Positions 20,677 to 32,119 are shown, numbered from the stretch's first letter. The stretch: 64,000 nucleotides of DNA from an uncultured Chloroflexia bacterium (GCA_963797095.1 CAWCNY010000006.1:1-64000), one strand, 5' to 3'. The notes: a model not told the origin generated them from the letters alone. Numbers and translations are program-made.

Positions 20677-22125
20677 CTAAACGTACTCCGGCAGCCAATC
20701 CCCATGCGCCGCTATCAGCTCATCCACCAGCGCCCAAATCTGCGCCAGGTCGAGTTCCGCCGCAGTGTGCGGGTCGAGCATGGCGGCATGGTAGATGTGC
20801 TCCCGCTTGCGCGTCAGCGCCGCCTCCACCGTCAGCGCCTGCACATTGATGTTCGTCTGCATCAGAGCCGCCAGTTGGGGCGGCAGCATCCCGATATGGG
20901 TTGGTTGCACCCCGTTCTTATCCACCAGGCAAGGCACTTCCACACAGCACCCAGCCGGTAGGTTATCGATCAGGCCCCGGTTGGGCACGTTGCCGTAGAT
21001 CACACGTGGCTCCCCTGTCTCCATCGAGTGGATGATCAGCGAGCCGTATTCGCCTGAGTGGCACAATTTGCTCCCCTCTTGTGTGGCATCCTTCCGCCGG
21101 CGTTGCTCGCGGGCCGCGCGCTCCCCCTCCAACACCTCCATCCGGCCATGCGCCATGCGCTGCAACCAGAGGTCCTCCTGTACCTCCCCATAGCGCCGGA
21201 TCGCTGCCAGGTCCCCCTCAGTAGATGGCTCGGAGCGGGCGAATTCCTCCGATAAGCTATCCCACCCGAGAAGCTGGTCCTCGCAGCGGCCAATATATTC
21301 ATCAAGCGGAATATTGAACTTCTCTATCAGGTCAGGGCGGTCGCGCTTGATGAACCAGGGCACATATTCGGAAAAGTGCTCGCTCAACTCCGTCACGAAG
21401 TAGCCCAGCCTGGTCAGCATCTCGTAGCGCACCCGGTTCCACTCGGGCACCCTCCCATCGGCCACCACCTGCCGGATCAGCGGGTAGAGGTCCTCCCCGT
21501 CGCGCTCAAAGCGCAGGTAGAAGGCCAGGTGGTTGATCCCTGCGCACACGTAATTGACCTCCTTTAACGGTACTCCAATATCGTGGCACAGTTGCGCGGC
21601 TGTGCCCTGCACGCTGTGGCACAGACCTATAGTATTGATGGAAGTGGCGCGGTTCATCGCCCACGTCAGGATCGCCATCGGATTAGTGTAATTCAAGAAG
21701 GTGACGCCTGGGCATACCTCCTCCATATCCCTCCCCATTTCGAGCATCACCGGTATGGTGCGCAAGCCGCGCATTATCCCGCCGATGCCGAGCGTATCGG
21801 CGATTGTCTGGCGCAGGCCGTACCTCTTCGGGATCTCGAAGTCGATCACGGTGCCCGGCTTGTACCCCCCTACCTGGATCATATTGATCGCGTAATCAGC
21901 GCCGTCCAATGCCCGCCGCCGATCTATCGTAGCCTCGATCTTAGCGTTGGCTCCCACCGACGAGGCGAGGGCACGCGCCACCCGTTCCGAAATGTGTAAC
22001 CGCTCCGGGTCTATATCGAACAACGAGATGGTAACTCCCGCAAGCTCAGGAAAGGTGAAGATATCACCCAGCAGATTCTTGGCAAAGACGGTGCTTCCGG
22101 CTCCAATAAAGGTGATCTTTGGCAT
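20677..22125 (-). CDS. melA: GH4 NAD-dependent alpha-galactosidase/alpha-glucosidase
   Basis: 'KITFIGAGSTVF', 'NYTNPMA', 'GLCHSVQ', 'AGINH', 'AMLDPHTAAEL'. Confidence 0.9.
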   Translation of the reverse strand: MPKITFIGAGSTVFAKNLLGDIFTFPELAGVTISLFDIDPERLHISERVARALASSVGANAKIEATIDRRRALDGADYAINMIQVGGYKPGTVIDFEIPKRYGLRQTIADTLGIGGIMRGLRTIPVMLEMGRDMEEVCPGVTFLNYTNPMAILTWAMNRATSINTIGLCHSVQGTAAQLCHDIGVPLKEVNYVCAGINHLAFYLRFERDGEDLYPLIRQVVADGRVPEWNRVRYEMLTRLGYFVTELSEHFSEYVPWFIKRDRPDLIEKFNIPLDEYIGRCEDQLLGWDSLSEEFARSEPSTEGDLAAIRRYGEVQEDLWLQRMAHGRMEVLEGERAAREQRRRKDATQEGSKLCHSGEYGSLIIHSMETGEPRVIYGNVPNRGLIDNLPAGCCVEVPCLVDKNGVQPTHIGMLPPQLAALMQTNINVQALTVEAALTRKREHIYHAAMLDPHTAAELDLAQIWALVDELIAAHGDWLPEYV

Positions 22126-22445
22126 TCCCTATTTCCTTCCACGCAGATAACAATTATCAAGTACAAGGGGATTGACCCTCGCCGTTGTGCGACGAAACGA
22201 GTATAGCACCGCGAACCATTCCCAGACAATAACATCCGGGGAGCCTTTCCAATCCCACCTTACATTTGCCCTCACATACTTAATGCCATTAAGCAGCCAA
22301 AACCGGACATGTTTGAGCCATACTTTCGGGTAGTCTCTTGTTCTAGGAGAAGGTCGGGGGTGCGCGCCATCTTTTAGGAAGGAAAGAAAAATGATACCCT
22401 CTAGGTGAAGACATCCCGGCTAAGGCCGAAATCCTGGAGGGTATC

Positions 22446-24012
22446 ATGCAGAGTAGCGAGTTTCAGGCCGTTTGCGACCTGTCACCTGCCCTCACTAGTA
22501 TTGTGAAGGAATTTGAGGGGCTCGTCAAACAACTTTGGATATATGCTCAACGCAACCCGGATGCTACTTTGAGCAGTCTCGAAGAAAGAGCACGTCAACT
22601 GCGCTCGGACTGTTTCGCCTCAGCCTTAGAAGCCGCAGCCCAACTGCATCGTGCCATGATAGAGGAAGAATGGCTGCTTGGGCACAAGCAGTGTGACTGC
22701 GGGCAGACACCCCAGTACAAGGGTAAGCAGCGGCGCACTGTGCAAACATGGGTAGGCACGGTCACATTGGAGAGAGGTTACTTCTACTGTAAAGGGTGTG
22801 GCACCGGACGCTACCCGCTGGATGAGGCTCTAGGCATACCCGCACGGGAACACTTCTCGGACGGAGTGCAACAAGGAGTGTGCCTGCTGGGTGTGCAGAT
22901 GCCTTTCGAGCAGGCTGCACATGCAGTGGAGGTACTCACTGGCATGTCGGTCTCTCCAAGAGAAGCCGAGCGCATGACTGAACAGAGGGGGCTTACATTA
23001 GAGGGGAGCTTGCAAGAGGAGAGCTTGCAAGAGGAGAGGAGAGCTTGCAAGAGGAGAGGAGAGCTTGCAAGAGGAGAGGAGAGCTTGCAAGAGGAGAGGA
23101 GAGCTTGCAAGAGGAGAGGAGAGCTTGCAAGAGGAGAGGAGAGCTTGCAAGAGGAGAGGAGAGCTTGCAAGAGGAGAGGAGAGCTTGCAAGCAGAAGATC
23201 AAACGCTAGGGGCAAGTCCCACCTCTCAGAAAGGTTCAAAGGTTGCAGATGGAGCATTGGGCTTGGGCACATGGGCGGCGACGCTGGACGCTGGCAAGGT
23301 GCGCTACGAAGATGGGTGGCATGACGCTAAAGCGGGAGTGGTGTTTTGGGCCGAGCCTGCATACAACGAAGCAGGAGAGATAGAGGGGGCAAGAGCCACC
23401 CATCAGAGCTATGTGGCGGAGGTCGGCTCGATGGAGCGGGCAGGAAAGCGGTTGAGTGCTGAAGCATGGAGGAGAGGGATAGGCCCTGAGGAGCAGGTTG
23501 TATGTCTGGGAGATGGGGCACCCACCAACTGGATACAGTTCGATGAGCACTTTGCCAACAGGGTAGAGGTACTCGACTGGTATCACGCCATGGAGCACCT
23601 GTGGCAAGCAGGTAATGGTATCTTCGGGCAGGGCACACCAGACGCCGCAAGATGGGTGAAGCGTTGGGAGAAGGAATTATGGGAGGGAAGGGTAGAAGCA
23701 GTCATTGTGGCTCTACACAGAGAGAGCAAACGTGAAGGGGAGGCGGGAGAAGCGGCACGAGAGCAGATTCATTACTTTGAGACGAACAAAGAGAGGATGC
23801 GCTACTCCGAGTACCGGGCATTGGGCTTCCCAGTTGGTTCAGGCACGGTGGAGAGTGCATGCAAGCGGCTGATTGGTGCCCGTCTCAAGGGAGCAGGCAT
23901 GTGTTGGAGCAAACCAGGAGCACAAGGGGTGCTGACACTGAGAGCCGAACTGCTCAGTGAGAGGTGGGAGCAATGCTGGCCCAAAACTCGCCCTCTCAGA
24001 AAAGTCGCCTAA
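22446..24012 (+). pseudogene. ISKra4/UPF0236-like DDE transposase, frameshifted within tandem repeat
   Basis: Split into ORFs 22446-23324 and 23065-24012; motifs 'LGDGA', 'LDWYHA', 'GSGTVESACK'. Confidence 0.88.
23009..23183 (+). repeat. 20-bp tandem repeat array (one 15-bp unit + 8 x CTTGCAAGAGGAGAGGAGAG)
   Basis: Directly visible; 175 bp, not a multiple of 3. Confidence 0.95.
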
Positions 24013-24044
24013 ACGATGGCGCGCACCCGAAGGTCGGTTCCCTA

Positions 24045-24169
24045 TTGACAGGGGCTTGCCACGGTGCTAATATGGGAGCGATCCCGCGAACGCCGTTGTA
24101 TCACTCAATTTGTGCGTGGTGATCGCGATTTAATAGCTTGAACAGGTGAGCGGCTTGTGAGCGCTCCCA
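24045..24169 (+). promoter_or_regulatory. Promoter and two CelR/CebR-like LacI operators
   Basis: TTGACA(24045)-17-TAATAT(24068) with extended TG; TGGGAGCGATCCCG (24073-24086) and TGTGAGCGCTCCCA (24156-24169). Confidence 0.75.
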
Positions 24170-24193
24170 CAACGCTGTGAGGATTAAGCGTTC

Positions 24194-25192
24194 ATGTCTC
24201 CCACACTGGTTGAAATTGCAAAACGCGCAGGTGTCTCCCGTTCGACCGTTTCTCGGGTGATGAACGACCATCCCAACGTGGATCAAGCGACCAGGGCGCG
24301 GGTCTTGTCGGTCGCCGAAAGCCTGAACTACCAGCCCAATATGGCGGCCCGCAGCCTGGCCGCCGGGCGCACTCGCATCCTCGGCCTGGCGATTCCTACC
24401 GGTGTAGCTACCCTTTTCACAGACCCCTACTTCCCCCTCCTCATACAGGGGATCACTTCTGCCTGCAACGCCCACAATCACTCGGTCATGCTCTGGCTTG
24501 GCGAGCCGGAATACGAGCGCTTGACGATCCGCCAGATCCTGCAAGGCGGCCTGATCGACGGCGTCATTCTAGCCTCCGCTCTGACAAGCGATCCGATTTT
24601 ACAGGCGTTGATAAAGCACCACCTTCCGTTCATCTTGATTGGCCGCCATCTGGGGAATGACTCTGTAAGCTACGTCGATGCGGATAACCTGGGCGGCTCG
24701 CGCCAGATGGTTTCGTATATGTTGCGCCTGGGCCGCAAGCGCGTCGCTACCATCACGGGCCCAAAGAATATGATCGCCGGTATTGACCGTTTGCAAGGCT
24801 ACCTGGACGCCTTGCGCGACAGGAAGATCGCCCTCGACCCGAACTTGATCGTGGAGGGCGACTTCACTCAAGAAGGCGGATACAGGGCAATGCAACAGCT
24901 CTTACCTTTCGACCCGGATGCCGTCTTCATCGCAAGCGATGCCATGGCGCTGGGTGCGCTACGCGCCTTGCACGAGGCGGGCAAGCGCATCCCCGAGGAT
25001 ATAGCTGTCGCGGGGTTCGACGATATCCCCTTCTCCGCACGAACCGACCCTCCCCTCACTACCATCCGGCAACCAATTCAGCGATTGGGCTCTGTTGCCG
25101 CCGAGACCTTGATTGACATGATAAGCCATCCCGGCACTCAACCTCAGCGTGTGGTTCTGCCAACCGAGCTGGTTATTCGCGAAACCACATAG
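24194..25192 (+). CDS. LacI-family transcriptional regulator (CelR-like)
   Basis: 'TLVEIAKRAGVSRSTVSRVMN'; 'PPLTTIRQP'. Confidence 0.95.
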   Translation: MSPTLVEIAKRAGVSRSTVSRVMNDHPNVDQATRARVLSVAESLNYQPNMAARSLAAGRTRILGLAIPTGVATLFTDPYFPLLIQGITSACNAHNHSVMLWLGEPEYERLTIRQILQGGLIDGVILASALTSDPILQALIKHHLPFILIGRHLGNDSVSYVDADNLGGSRQMVSYMLRLGRKRVATITGPKNMIAGIDRLQGYLDALRDRKIALDPNLIVEGDFTQEGGYRAMQQLLPFDPDAVFIASDAMALGALRALHEAGKRIPEDIAVAGFDDIPFSARTDPPLTTIRQPIQRLGSVAAETLIDMISHPGTQPQRVVLPTELVIRETT

Positions 25193-25386
25193 CTCGCTAC
25201 TCGTCACTCGTCACTCGTCACTAGCCATCTCGCCGCCCAATTTCCTATTGACTCCCGCCATCATTGTTGCTATCATCAGTCTCACTCTTGCTATTATTCG
25301 TTTCCTCATGCACCTGTATCGCCCCAAAGTTTGCTCTCAACCCAGGCCGGTTCAGCGTGCCACATGAGGTCAAAAAGGACAGAGCC

Positions 25387-25689
25387 ATGAAGAAGCCCAG
25401 ATGGTTTTCGATACTGTCGATGCTCGCTCTCATGCTTGGCGTATTTCCGATGGCACGTAGCGTATCGAGTGCGCAGGGTGGCTCGCGCACTTTTCCCGAA
25501 ACGGGGCACACAGTAAGTGGATTGTTCCTCGACTATTGGAACAATCACGGCGGCCTGTCCCAACAAGGCTATCCTATCTCCGAAGAGATGCAAGACTTTT
25601 CGGATACCGGCGGCAAGACCTATACAGTGCAGTACTTCGAGCGTGCCGTCCTCCAACCCGGCTGGACCCTTCTTACTTCTATCAGATGA
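25387..25689 (+). pseudogene. Truncated secreted LGFP-like module gene
   Basis: Signal peptide + 'RTFPETGH...GYPIS...VQYFERAV', then stops where paralogs continue with 'FE.HPEN'. Confidence 0.6.
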
Positions 25690-27857
25690 AATCAACTCTA
25701 CCCCGCTACGACCTCATAGACCCCGCCATCGAATCTCGCGTCGATGACCTCCTCGCCCGCATGACCCTGGCCGAGAAGATCGGCCAGTTAGTCCAGTTCG
25801 ACGCCAACCGTCGCGACCTCCCCGACCCCGCCGATAATATCAAAGCGGGCGGGATCGGCTCCATCTTCGGCATCGCCGACGTGGCCCGCGTCAACCGCTA
25901 CCAGCATCTCGCCGTCGAGCAGTCGCGCCTCGGCATCCCTCTGCTGGTGGGCAACGACGTGATCCACGGCTTTCGCACGATCTTCCCCATCCCCCTCGCC
26001 GAGTCGTGCACCTGGGACATGCCGCTCCTCCAACGCGCCGCGCGTGCCGCCGCCGACGAAGCCTCGGCCTTCGGCACCGACTGGATCTTTGCTCCTATGG
26101 TCGACATAGCGCGCGATCCCCGCTGGGGCCGTATAGCCGAGGGCGCGGGCGAAGATACATACCTGGGCATGCAGGTAGCCAGGGCGCGAGTGCTCGGTTT
26201 CCAATCTCCCGACCTCTCCAGTGGCAGGCGCATCGTGGCCTGCCCCAAGCACTACGTCGCCTACGGTGCGGCGGAAGCGGGCCGCGATTACAACACCGTC
26301 GATATCTCCGAGCGCGCTCTGCGCGATGTCTACCTCCCGCCCTTCAAGGCTGCTTTCGAGGCGGGCGCCGGCTCTGTCATGAGTGCCTTCAACGAGATCA
26401 GCGGCGTGCCCGCCACCTCTAACGCCTTCACCCTCACCACTATCTTGCGCGACGAGTGGCAGTGGGCGGGCATGGCGGTCAGCGACTACGAATCGGTTCG
26501 CGAGTTGATCCCGCACGGCGTGGCAGCCGACCTCAAAGATGCCGCCCGCCTCGCCATCCTGGCCGGTCTCGACATGGATATGGTGAGCAACGCTTACGCG
26601 CACCACCTTGCCGAACTGGTCCAGTCGGGCGATGTGCCCGCATCGGCGATTGATGAGGCCGCGCGGCGCGTCCTCCGCCTCAAGTTCCAGGTCGGCCTCT
26701 TCGAAAAGCCCTACACCGACGAAACCCTCATCTCCCGCGTGATCCTCACCGAGGACACCCGCGACCTCGCCTTGCAGGTGGCCCAGGAGTCGATGGTCCT
26801 CCTCAAGAACGAGGGGGGCTTGCTCCCCCTCTCCCCAGGCGCTCAGCGGATCGCCCTCATCGGCCCCCTCGCCGCCTCTCGCGCCGACCTTCTCGGTTGC
26901 TGGGCTTTCTGGGGTCTTCCCGATGACGCCGAAACCGTGCTCGAATCGATCTCCTCCTACCTGGGCGATCAGACCATCGAGCACGTTCCAGGCTGCCCCG
27001 TAGGCGACGAAGGCCCCACCGATATCCCCGCAGCCATGGCAGTCGCCAGCGAGGCCGATGTAGTGATCCTGGTCCTGGGCGAAAGCGCCTCTATGAGCGG
27101 TGAGGCCCATTCGCGCACCCATCTCGGCCTCCCCGGACGCCAGCAAGAACTTTTGGATGCCCTTGCCGCCACAGGCAAGCCAATCGTCGCCGTGGTGATG
27201 AGCGGCAGGCCCCTTGCGATCCCCCGCGTGGCAGACCAGGCAACAGCCCTCCTCGCAGCCTGGCACGGCGGCACCCTCGCCGCTCGTGCCATCGCGGGCA
27301 TCCTCTTCGGCGCGGCCAACCCCTCCGGTAAATTGACCGCAAGCTGGCCGCGCACCGAAGGCCAGATTCCTATCTACTATGCCCACAAAAACACCGGCAG
27401 ACCCGAATCTGGCGGCACCAAGCAGTTCGACGATCCGTTCAAGTCGGTCTACCTTGACTCGCCCAATTCCCCCCTCTTCCCCTTCGGGTTCGGCCTCAGC
27501 TACACCACTTTCTCCTACAGCAACCTCAAGGTAGAAACGCCCACCCTCCCCGGAGATGGCACCCTTGTCGCCAGCGTCACGGTGCGCAACACCGGCGACC
27601 GCACAGGCGACGAAATCGTACAGCTATACGTGCGCGACCTCGTGGGCAGCGTCACGCGCCAGGTCAAAGAGCTGAAAGGCTTCAAGCGCGTGACCCTCCA
27701 GCCGGGCGAGGAGCAAACCGTGCGCTTCGAAGTACCTGCCAATGACCTCGGCTTTACCGGCCTTGATATGCGCTACACAGTGGAACCGGGAACCTTCAAG
27801 CTCTGGATCGGGCCAAGCTCTGACGATGGGCTGGAAGGCGATTTCCAGGTGGAGTAA
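25686..27857 (+). CDS. bglX: GH3 beta-glucosidase (BglX-like, no signal peptide)
   Basis: 'MTLAEKIGQL', 'SRLGIP', 'DIARDPRWGR', 'KHY', 'VSDY' nucleophile, C-terminal Fn3-like 'VQLYVRD...KELKGF'. Confidence 0.9.
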   Translation: MKSTLPRYDLIDPAIESRVDDLLARMTLAEKIGQLVQFDANRRDLPDPADNIKAGGIGSIFGIADVARVNRYQHLAVEQSRLGIPLLVGNDVIHGFRTIFPIPLAESCTWDMPLLQRAARAAADEASAFGTDWIFAPMVDIARDPRWGRIAEGAGEDTYLGMQVARARVLGFQSPDLSSGRRIVACPKHYVAYGAAEAGRDYNTVDISERALRDVYLPPFKAAFEAGAGSVMSAFNEISGVPATSNAFTLTTILRDEWQWAGMAVSDYESVRELIPHGVAADLKDAARLAILAGLDMDMVSNAYAHHLAELVQSGDVPASAIDEAARRVLRLKFQVGLFEKPYTDETLISRVILTEDTRDLALQVAQESMVLLKNEGGLLPLSPGAQRIALIGPLAASRADLLGCWAFWGLPDDAETVLESISSYLGDQTIEHVPGCPVGDEGPTDIPAAMAVASEADVVILVLGESASMSGEAHSRTHLGLPGRQQELLDALAATGKPIVAVVMSGRPLAIPRVADQATALLAAWHGGTLAARAIAGILFGAANPSGKLTASWPRTEGQIPIYYAHKNTGRPESGGTKQFDDPFKSVYLDSPNSPLFPFGFGLSYTTFSYSNLKVETPTLPGDGTLVASVTVRNTGDRTGDEIVQLYVRDLVGSVTRQVKELKGFKRVTLQPGEEQTVRFEVPANDLGFTGLDMRYTVEPGTFKLWIGPSSDDGLEGDFQVE

Positions 27858-28161
27858 ACAGCCGTTCCTGGTATTATTCCTGGAATATTCCTTAATTCTT
27901 ATTGACACAAGTGGCACTCCACTGCTACAATGAGCCCTGTCTGCCCTCCCAACATCAAAGGCGGTCCCTGTCACTTTTTTGGCTCTCTGCACTACTCAGA
28001 TCCTATATATTCAACCGTCCAACTCATCTTACCGGACCTGCCGAGCGTGCCCGCGCTAGTTGCGCTGGTGCGCTATTAGTGTTTGTGCAGACTCAAGACT
28101 TTGCCCCGCACAACATACAATCGTGCAGGTTCATATCTGTTCGTAAGAAGGAGACAAGGGT

Positions 28162-30372
28162 ATGCGACGTCGATTAGCGTTCCTGTCCGTGGCCTCTCTG
28201 GGCGCTTTCCTCTTGATGGCGTTCTTGTATCTAAGCGCCAGCGCCGAGCTTCCGGTGGCCGTCAGCCCTGCGTGGGGCCAATCTCCGCAAGGCGGCCCCA
28301 CGGCTACCCCCACTCCTTGCGGGGCCTCAGGCACATGGAGTGTGCGCGCACCTCTTCCGGTCGATGCTTTTGGCGTGATGGTTGCTAGCGATGGCACCTA
28401 CGCCTACGCTATAGGCGGTTACAGCTATTCCACGAATGCAGCGCTCACTCAGGTCTGGCGCTATGATCCCGTAGCCGATACATGGACCTCCCGTGCCGCC
28501 CTCCCGGCCGCCACCTACAGCGGCGTGGCGGTCTACGGCAACAACGGCAATATCTACGTGTTCGGCGGCACCGACGCCACCGATGTCTATAACACCACTC
28601 GCATCTACAACATCTCCTCCAACTCCTGGAGCACCGGCGCTGTGATGCCCGGCAACCGCCAGCAGATGGCAGCCGGTTACTCATCATCCGGCAAAATATA
28701 TATTGCAGGCGGCTACGACAGCACAAGCGTCAGCCCGCAAGACCAGACCTGGGAATATGATATTGCGGGCAACTCCTGGGCAACCAGGGCCTCCATGCCC
28801 CAGGCTTTGGGCGGGGCAGGCTCCGGCGCTATCGGTACTCACATGTTCGTGGCAGGTGGCCGCGATCAGTCTACCGCCGCCCGTAGCACTCTCTACGACT
28901 ACGATATGGCCGCCAACACCTGGACCTCCCGCGCCAGCCTCCCGACAGGTGTTAACGTGCCTGGCGCGGCTGTCGCCAACGGCAGGCTTGCGATTTTCGG
29001 TGGCGGCAACCCGTTCCTCGATGGCCCGGTGCCTGGCTTCCCCGCGAGCGCCGCCCCCTTTACCACCGGCATCGCCCAACTCTACGATCCCGTCAGCGAC
29101 ACCTGGTCTACAGGCCCATCTCTGAACGTGGCGCGCTCCTTCATCGGTGGCGCGGCCATAGGTACCATCTACATAGTGGCCGTAGGAGGCTTCGACGGCA
29201 CAACCTCCGTCGCCACCAACGAAGTAAGCGGCCCCGGCCCTTGCATCACTGTCACTCCGGTTACCAACACCCCCACCTCTACTCCCACCACCATCCCCAC
29301 GTCCACCAACACCCCCACCTCCACCTCCACCCCCACCTCTACTCCCACTAACACCGTTCCAGCGGCCACCAACACTCCTACCCGCACCCCCACAGGCCCA
29401 CCTCCGCCCACAAGCACGCCCACTAATACCTCTCCCCCTGCTACCGGCACATCCACCAACACCCCCACGAACACCAACACCCCGCTCCCCACTCAGACCC
29501 CTGGCGGCCCCACCGCTACCCCTGAACCTTCCGACACTTCAACACCTACTTTTACCTCCACATCCGTCGCTACCGAAACCTCCACTCCTGTACCTACTGA
29601 GACAGGCATCGTGAACCCCACCGACACAGCCACGCCTGTTGCCTCCGGTACAGCCACCCAACTTCCAGGCACCGCCACCCAACCACCCGGTACCGCCACT
29701 CCCACCTCCTGCCCGCTCCAATTTGAAGATGTGCCACCCAACCATACCTTCTACGCGTTTATCAGGTGCATGGTCTGTCGAGGCATCATCAACGGCTACC
29801 CGTGCGGCGGGCCGGGCGAGCCTTGCAATGGCAACAACGACCCCTACTTCCGCCCAGGCAATAACGTCACCAGGGGCCAGATAGCCAAGATCGTGTCCAA
29901 TTCCGCGGGCTTCAACGAAGCTACCGGCCCGCAACAGTTTGAGGACGTGCCGCTCGGCTCGACCTTCTACGATTTCATCTGGCGACTCACCATCCGTGGC
30001 ATCGTTTCCGGCTACCCATGCGGAGGCCCGGGTGAGCCTTGCGGACCCACCAATCGCCCTTACTTCAGGCCCAACGGCACCGCCTCGCGAGGCCAACTGG
30101 GCAAGATCGTCTCCGAAGCCGCAGGCTTTAACGACACTCCTACCGGACAGACCTTCGAAGACGTGCCCATAGGTTCAACCTTCTACCTCTACATCGAACG
30201 TCTAGCAACCCGCGACATCATGGAAGGCTACCCATGCGGAGGTCCAGGTGAGCCTTGCGTATCCCCCACCAACAGGCCCTACTTCCGCCCCTCTGCAGAC
30301 GTGACCAGGGGCCAGACCTCCAAGATCGTGGCAAATACATTCTTCCCAGACTGCTATACACCTTCGCGGTAG
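28162..30372 (+). CDS. Secreted Kelch-repeat beta-propeller protein with Pro/Thr linker and three SLH-like repeats
   Basis: Signal peptide; 'Y..GG...YD....W' Kelch repeats; PT-rich linker; 3 x 'FEDVP...[11 protein letters not shown]...YFRP...(T/S)RGQ'. Confidence 0.85.
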   Translation: MRRRLAFLSVASLGAFLLMAFLYLSASAELPVAVSPAWGQSPQGGPTATPTPCGASGTWSVRAPLPVDAFGVMVASDGTYAYAIGGYSYSTNAALTQVWRYDPVADTWTSRAALPAATYSGVAVYGNNGNIYVFGGTDATDVYNTTRIYNISSNSWSTGAVMPGNRQQMAAGYSSSGKIYIAGGYDSTSVSPQDQTWEYDIAGNSWATRASMPQALGGAGSGAIGTHMFVAGGRDQSTAARSTLYDYDMAANTWTSRASLPTGVNVPGAAVANGRLAIFGGGNPFLDGPVPGFPASAAPFTTGIAQLYDPVSDTWSTGPSLNVARSFIGGAAIGTIYIVAVGGFDGTTSVATNEVSGPGPCITVTPVTNTPTSTPTTIPTSTNTPTSTSTPTSTPTNTVPAATNTPTRTPTGPPPPTSTPTNTSPPATGTSTNTPTNTNTPLPTQTPGGPTATPEPSDTSTPTFTSTSVATETSTPVPTETGIVNPTDTATPVASGTATQLPGTATQPPGTATPTSCPLQFEDVPPNHTFYAFIRCMVCRGIINGYPCGGPGEPCNGNNDPYFRPGNNVTRGQIAKIVSNSAGFNEATGPQQFEDVPLGSTFYDFIWRLTIRGIVSGYPCGGPGEPCGPTNRPYFRPNGTASRGQLGKIVSEAAGFNDTPTGQTFEDVPIGSTFYLYIERLATRDIMEGYPCGGPGEPCVSPTNRPYFRPSADVTRGQTSKIVANTFFPDCYTPSR

Positions 30373-30412
30373 AACCGCGGCGAAGCATGAAGAACAGAAA
30401 GGAGCTAGCACC

Positions 30413-31912
30413 ATGCAAGTAACCCCTCACACCCATCGCCGGTGGTTCTTGAGGTCCCTGGCGGTCGCCGCGCTTATGGCCCTGTCCGCCAATCTCGTTT
30501 CCGCAAGCGCCCCCCTCTCGCTCGTGCGCGTCAGCACCGACCCATACACCAATACAAGCAGCATGCACCAGACCGAGTTGGAGCCTGATACCTTTTCCTA
30601 CGGTTCCACCATCATCGGCACCTTCCAGGTTGGCCGCTTCAACGATGGCGGCGCTTCCAACATCGGTTGGGTCAGGTCCACTGATAACGGCGCTACCTGG
30701 ACGAACGGCTTCCTCCCTGGCATCACCATCTACGGCTCGCCTGCCGGTCCCTACCAGCGCGTCAGCGACCCCTCCGTCGTCTACGATGCCATGCACCACG
30801 TCTGGATGATCATGTCCCTTCCCCTCAACGGGGGCGGGGCCGGCCTCAACATGAGCGTCAACCGCTCCACCGATGGCGGGGCTACCTGGGATAACCCCGT
30901 CCAGATGGTCAACCAGAGCGGCCTCGATAAGAACTGGATCACCTGCGACAACACCCCCACCAGTCCCTATTACGGCCACTGCTACGGCGAATGGGACTAC
31001 AACGCGGGCGGCAACCTCATGCAAATGACCACCTCCACCGATGGCGGCCTCACCTGGTCTCCCCCCATCGCGCCGAGCGGCAACCCCAGCGGGTTGGGCG
31101 GCCAGCCTCTCGTTCTGAGCACGGGCCGTGTGGTCGTTCCCTATAGCGCCAATTTCGGCCCCATCCGCTCTTTCGTCTCCACCAATGGCGGCACGAGTTG
31201 GAGCAGCGTCGTAACCGTCGCCACAGTCACCGATCACGGCGTAGCGGGCAACATCCGCACCAGTGCCCTGCCATCCGCCGAGGTTGATGCCCGTGACCGC
31301 GTTTACGTTGTGTGGCAGGATTGCCGCTTCCGCACAGGCTGTTCATCAAACGATATCGTGATGAGCACTTCCACCGACGGCCTGACCTGGAGCGCGGTTA
31401 CCCGCATCCCCATCGATGCCACCACCAGCACTTTTGACCACTTCATACCAGGCATAGCCGCCGACCGCAACCGTGCCGACCCTATTACCCACCTCGCCCT
31501 CACCTATTACTATTACCCCACCGCCAACTGTACCACCACCACCTGCCAGCTTTCCGTTGGTTTTGTCTCCTCTATTGACGGCGGCGCTACCTGGACCTCC
31601 CCCGTACAACTCGCCGGGCCGATGACCCCCACCTGGCTCCCCCTCACCAACCAGGGCTACATGGTAGGCGACTACATTTCAACCTCTATAAGCTCAGACG
31701 GTAAGGCCCACACCGTCTTCTCGGTAGCCACGGCCCCCAGCGGCGGCATCTTCGACGAAGCCATGTACGCCCCCGTGCCCGGCCTCTCCCTCGGCCTCTC
31801 CACCGCCCGCCTCAAAGGAGCGCCCACCACCAACCCCGTAACAAACGACCCCCAACTATACTTCGGTCCCTCAACCCGCCTACTGCCCAACACCCTGCCC
31901 ACAGCGCACTAA
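30413..31912 (+). CDS. Secreted BNR/Asp-box (sialidase-fold) protein
   Basis: Twin-Arg-like signal 'HRRWFLRS'; repeated 'S(T/I)D(G/N)G.TW' Asp boxes. Confidence 0.8.
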   Translation: MQVTPHTHRRWFLRSLAVAALMALSANLVSASAPLSLVRVSTDPYTNTSSMHQTELEPDTFSYGSTIIGTFQVGRFNDGGASNIGWVRSTDNGATWTNGFLPGITIYGSPAGPYQRVSDPSVVYDAMHHVWMIMSLPLNGGGAGLNMSVNRSTDGGATWDNPVQMVNQSGLDKNWITCDNTPTSPYYGHCYGEWDYNAGGNLMQMTTSTDGGLTWSPPIAPSGNPSGLGGQPLVLSTGRVVVPYSANFGPIRSFVSTNGGTSWSSVVTVATVTDHGVAGNIRTSALPSAEVDARDRVYVVWQDCRFRTGCSSNDIVMSTSTDGLTWSAVTRIPIDATTSTFDHFIPGIAADRNRADPITHLALTYYYYPTANCTTTTCQLSVGFVSSIDGGATWTSPVQLAGPMTPTWLPLTNQGYMVGDYISTSISSDGKAHTVFSVATAPSGGIFDEAMYAPVPGLSLGLSTARLKGAPTTNPVTNDPQLYFGPSTRLLPNTLPTAH

Positions 31913-31974
31913 TCCAGCGAACGAAAGACGATAGACAAAGGACGATGGGAATGCACCCCATCGTCCTTTGTCTT

Positions 31975-32064
31975 CCAACTACCGGCTACCGACTACCGAC
32001 CAACCAGGAACCAGGAACCAGGAACCAGGAACCAGGAACTTGGAACCTCCGACTACCGACTACC
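31975..32064. repeat. Heptamer tandem repeats (CCGACTA-like and CCAGGAA x5)
   Basis: Directly visible 7-nt periodic tract. Confidence 0.85.
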
Positions 32065-32119
32065 GTCCTCCGTCCACAGACCAATTCCCTTCCCCTATAC
32101 AAACCCTTATAATGTCGGC

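Larger units (their letters stand above)
22358..24028 (+). mobile_element. Mutator-type IS (ISKra4/ISLre2-like), copy 1, 1671 bp
   Basis: 21-bp terminal IRs GGGTGCGCGCCATC(T/G)TTTAGG; 9-bp TSD GAAGGTCGG (22349-22357 and 24029-24037); near-identical to the copy at 53110. Confidence 0.93.

Noticed and set aside
23009-23183. Repeat array as a CRISPR
   Set aside because: Units are contiguous with no unique spacers, lie inside a transposase, and no cas genes are present.
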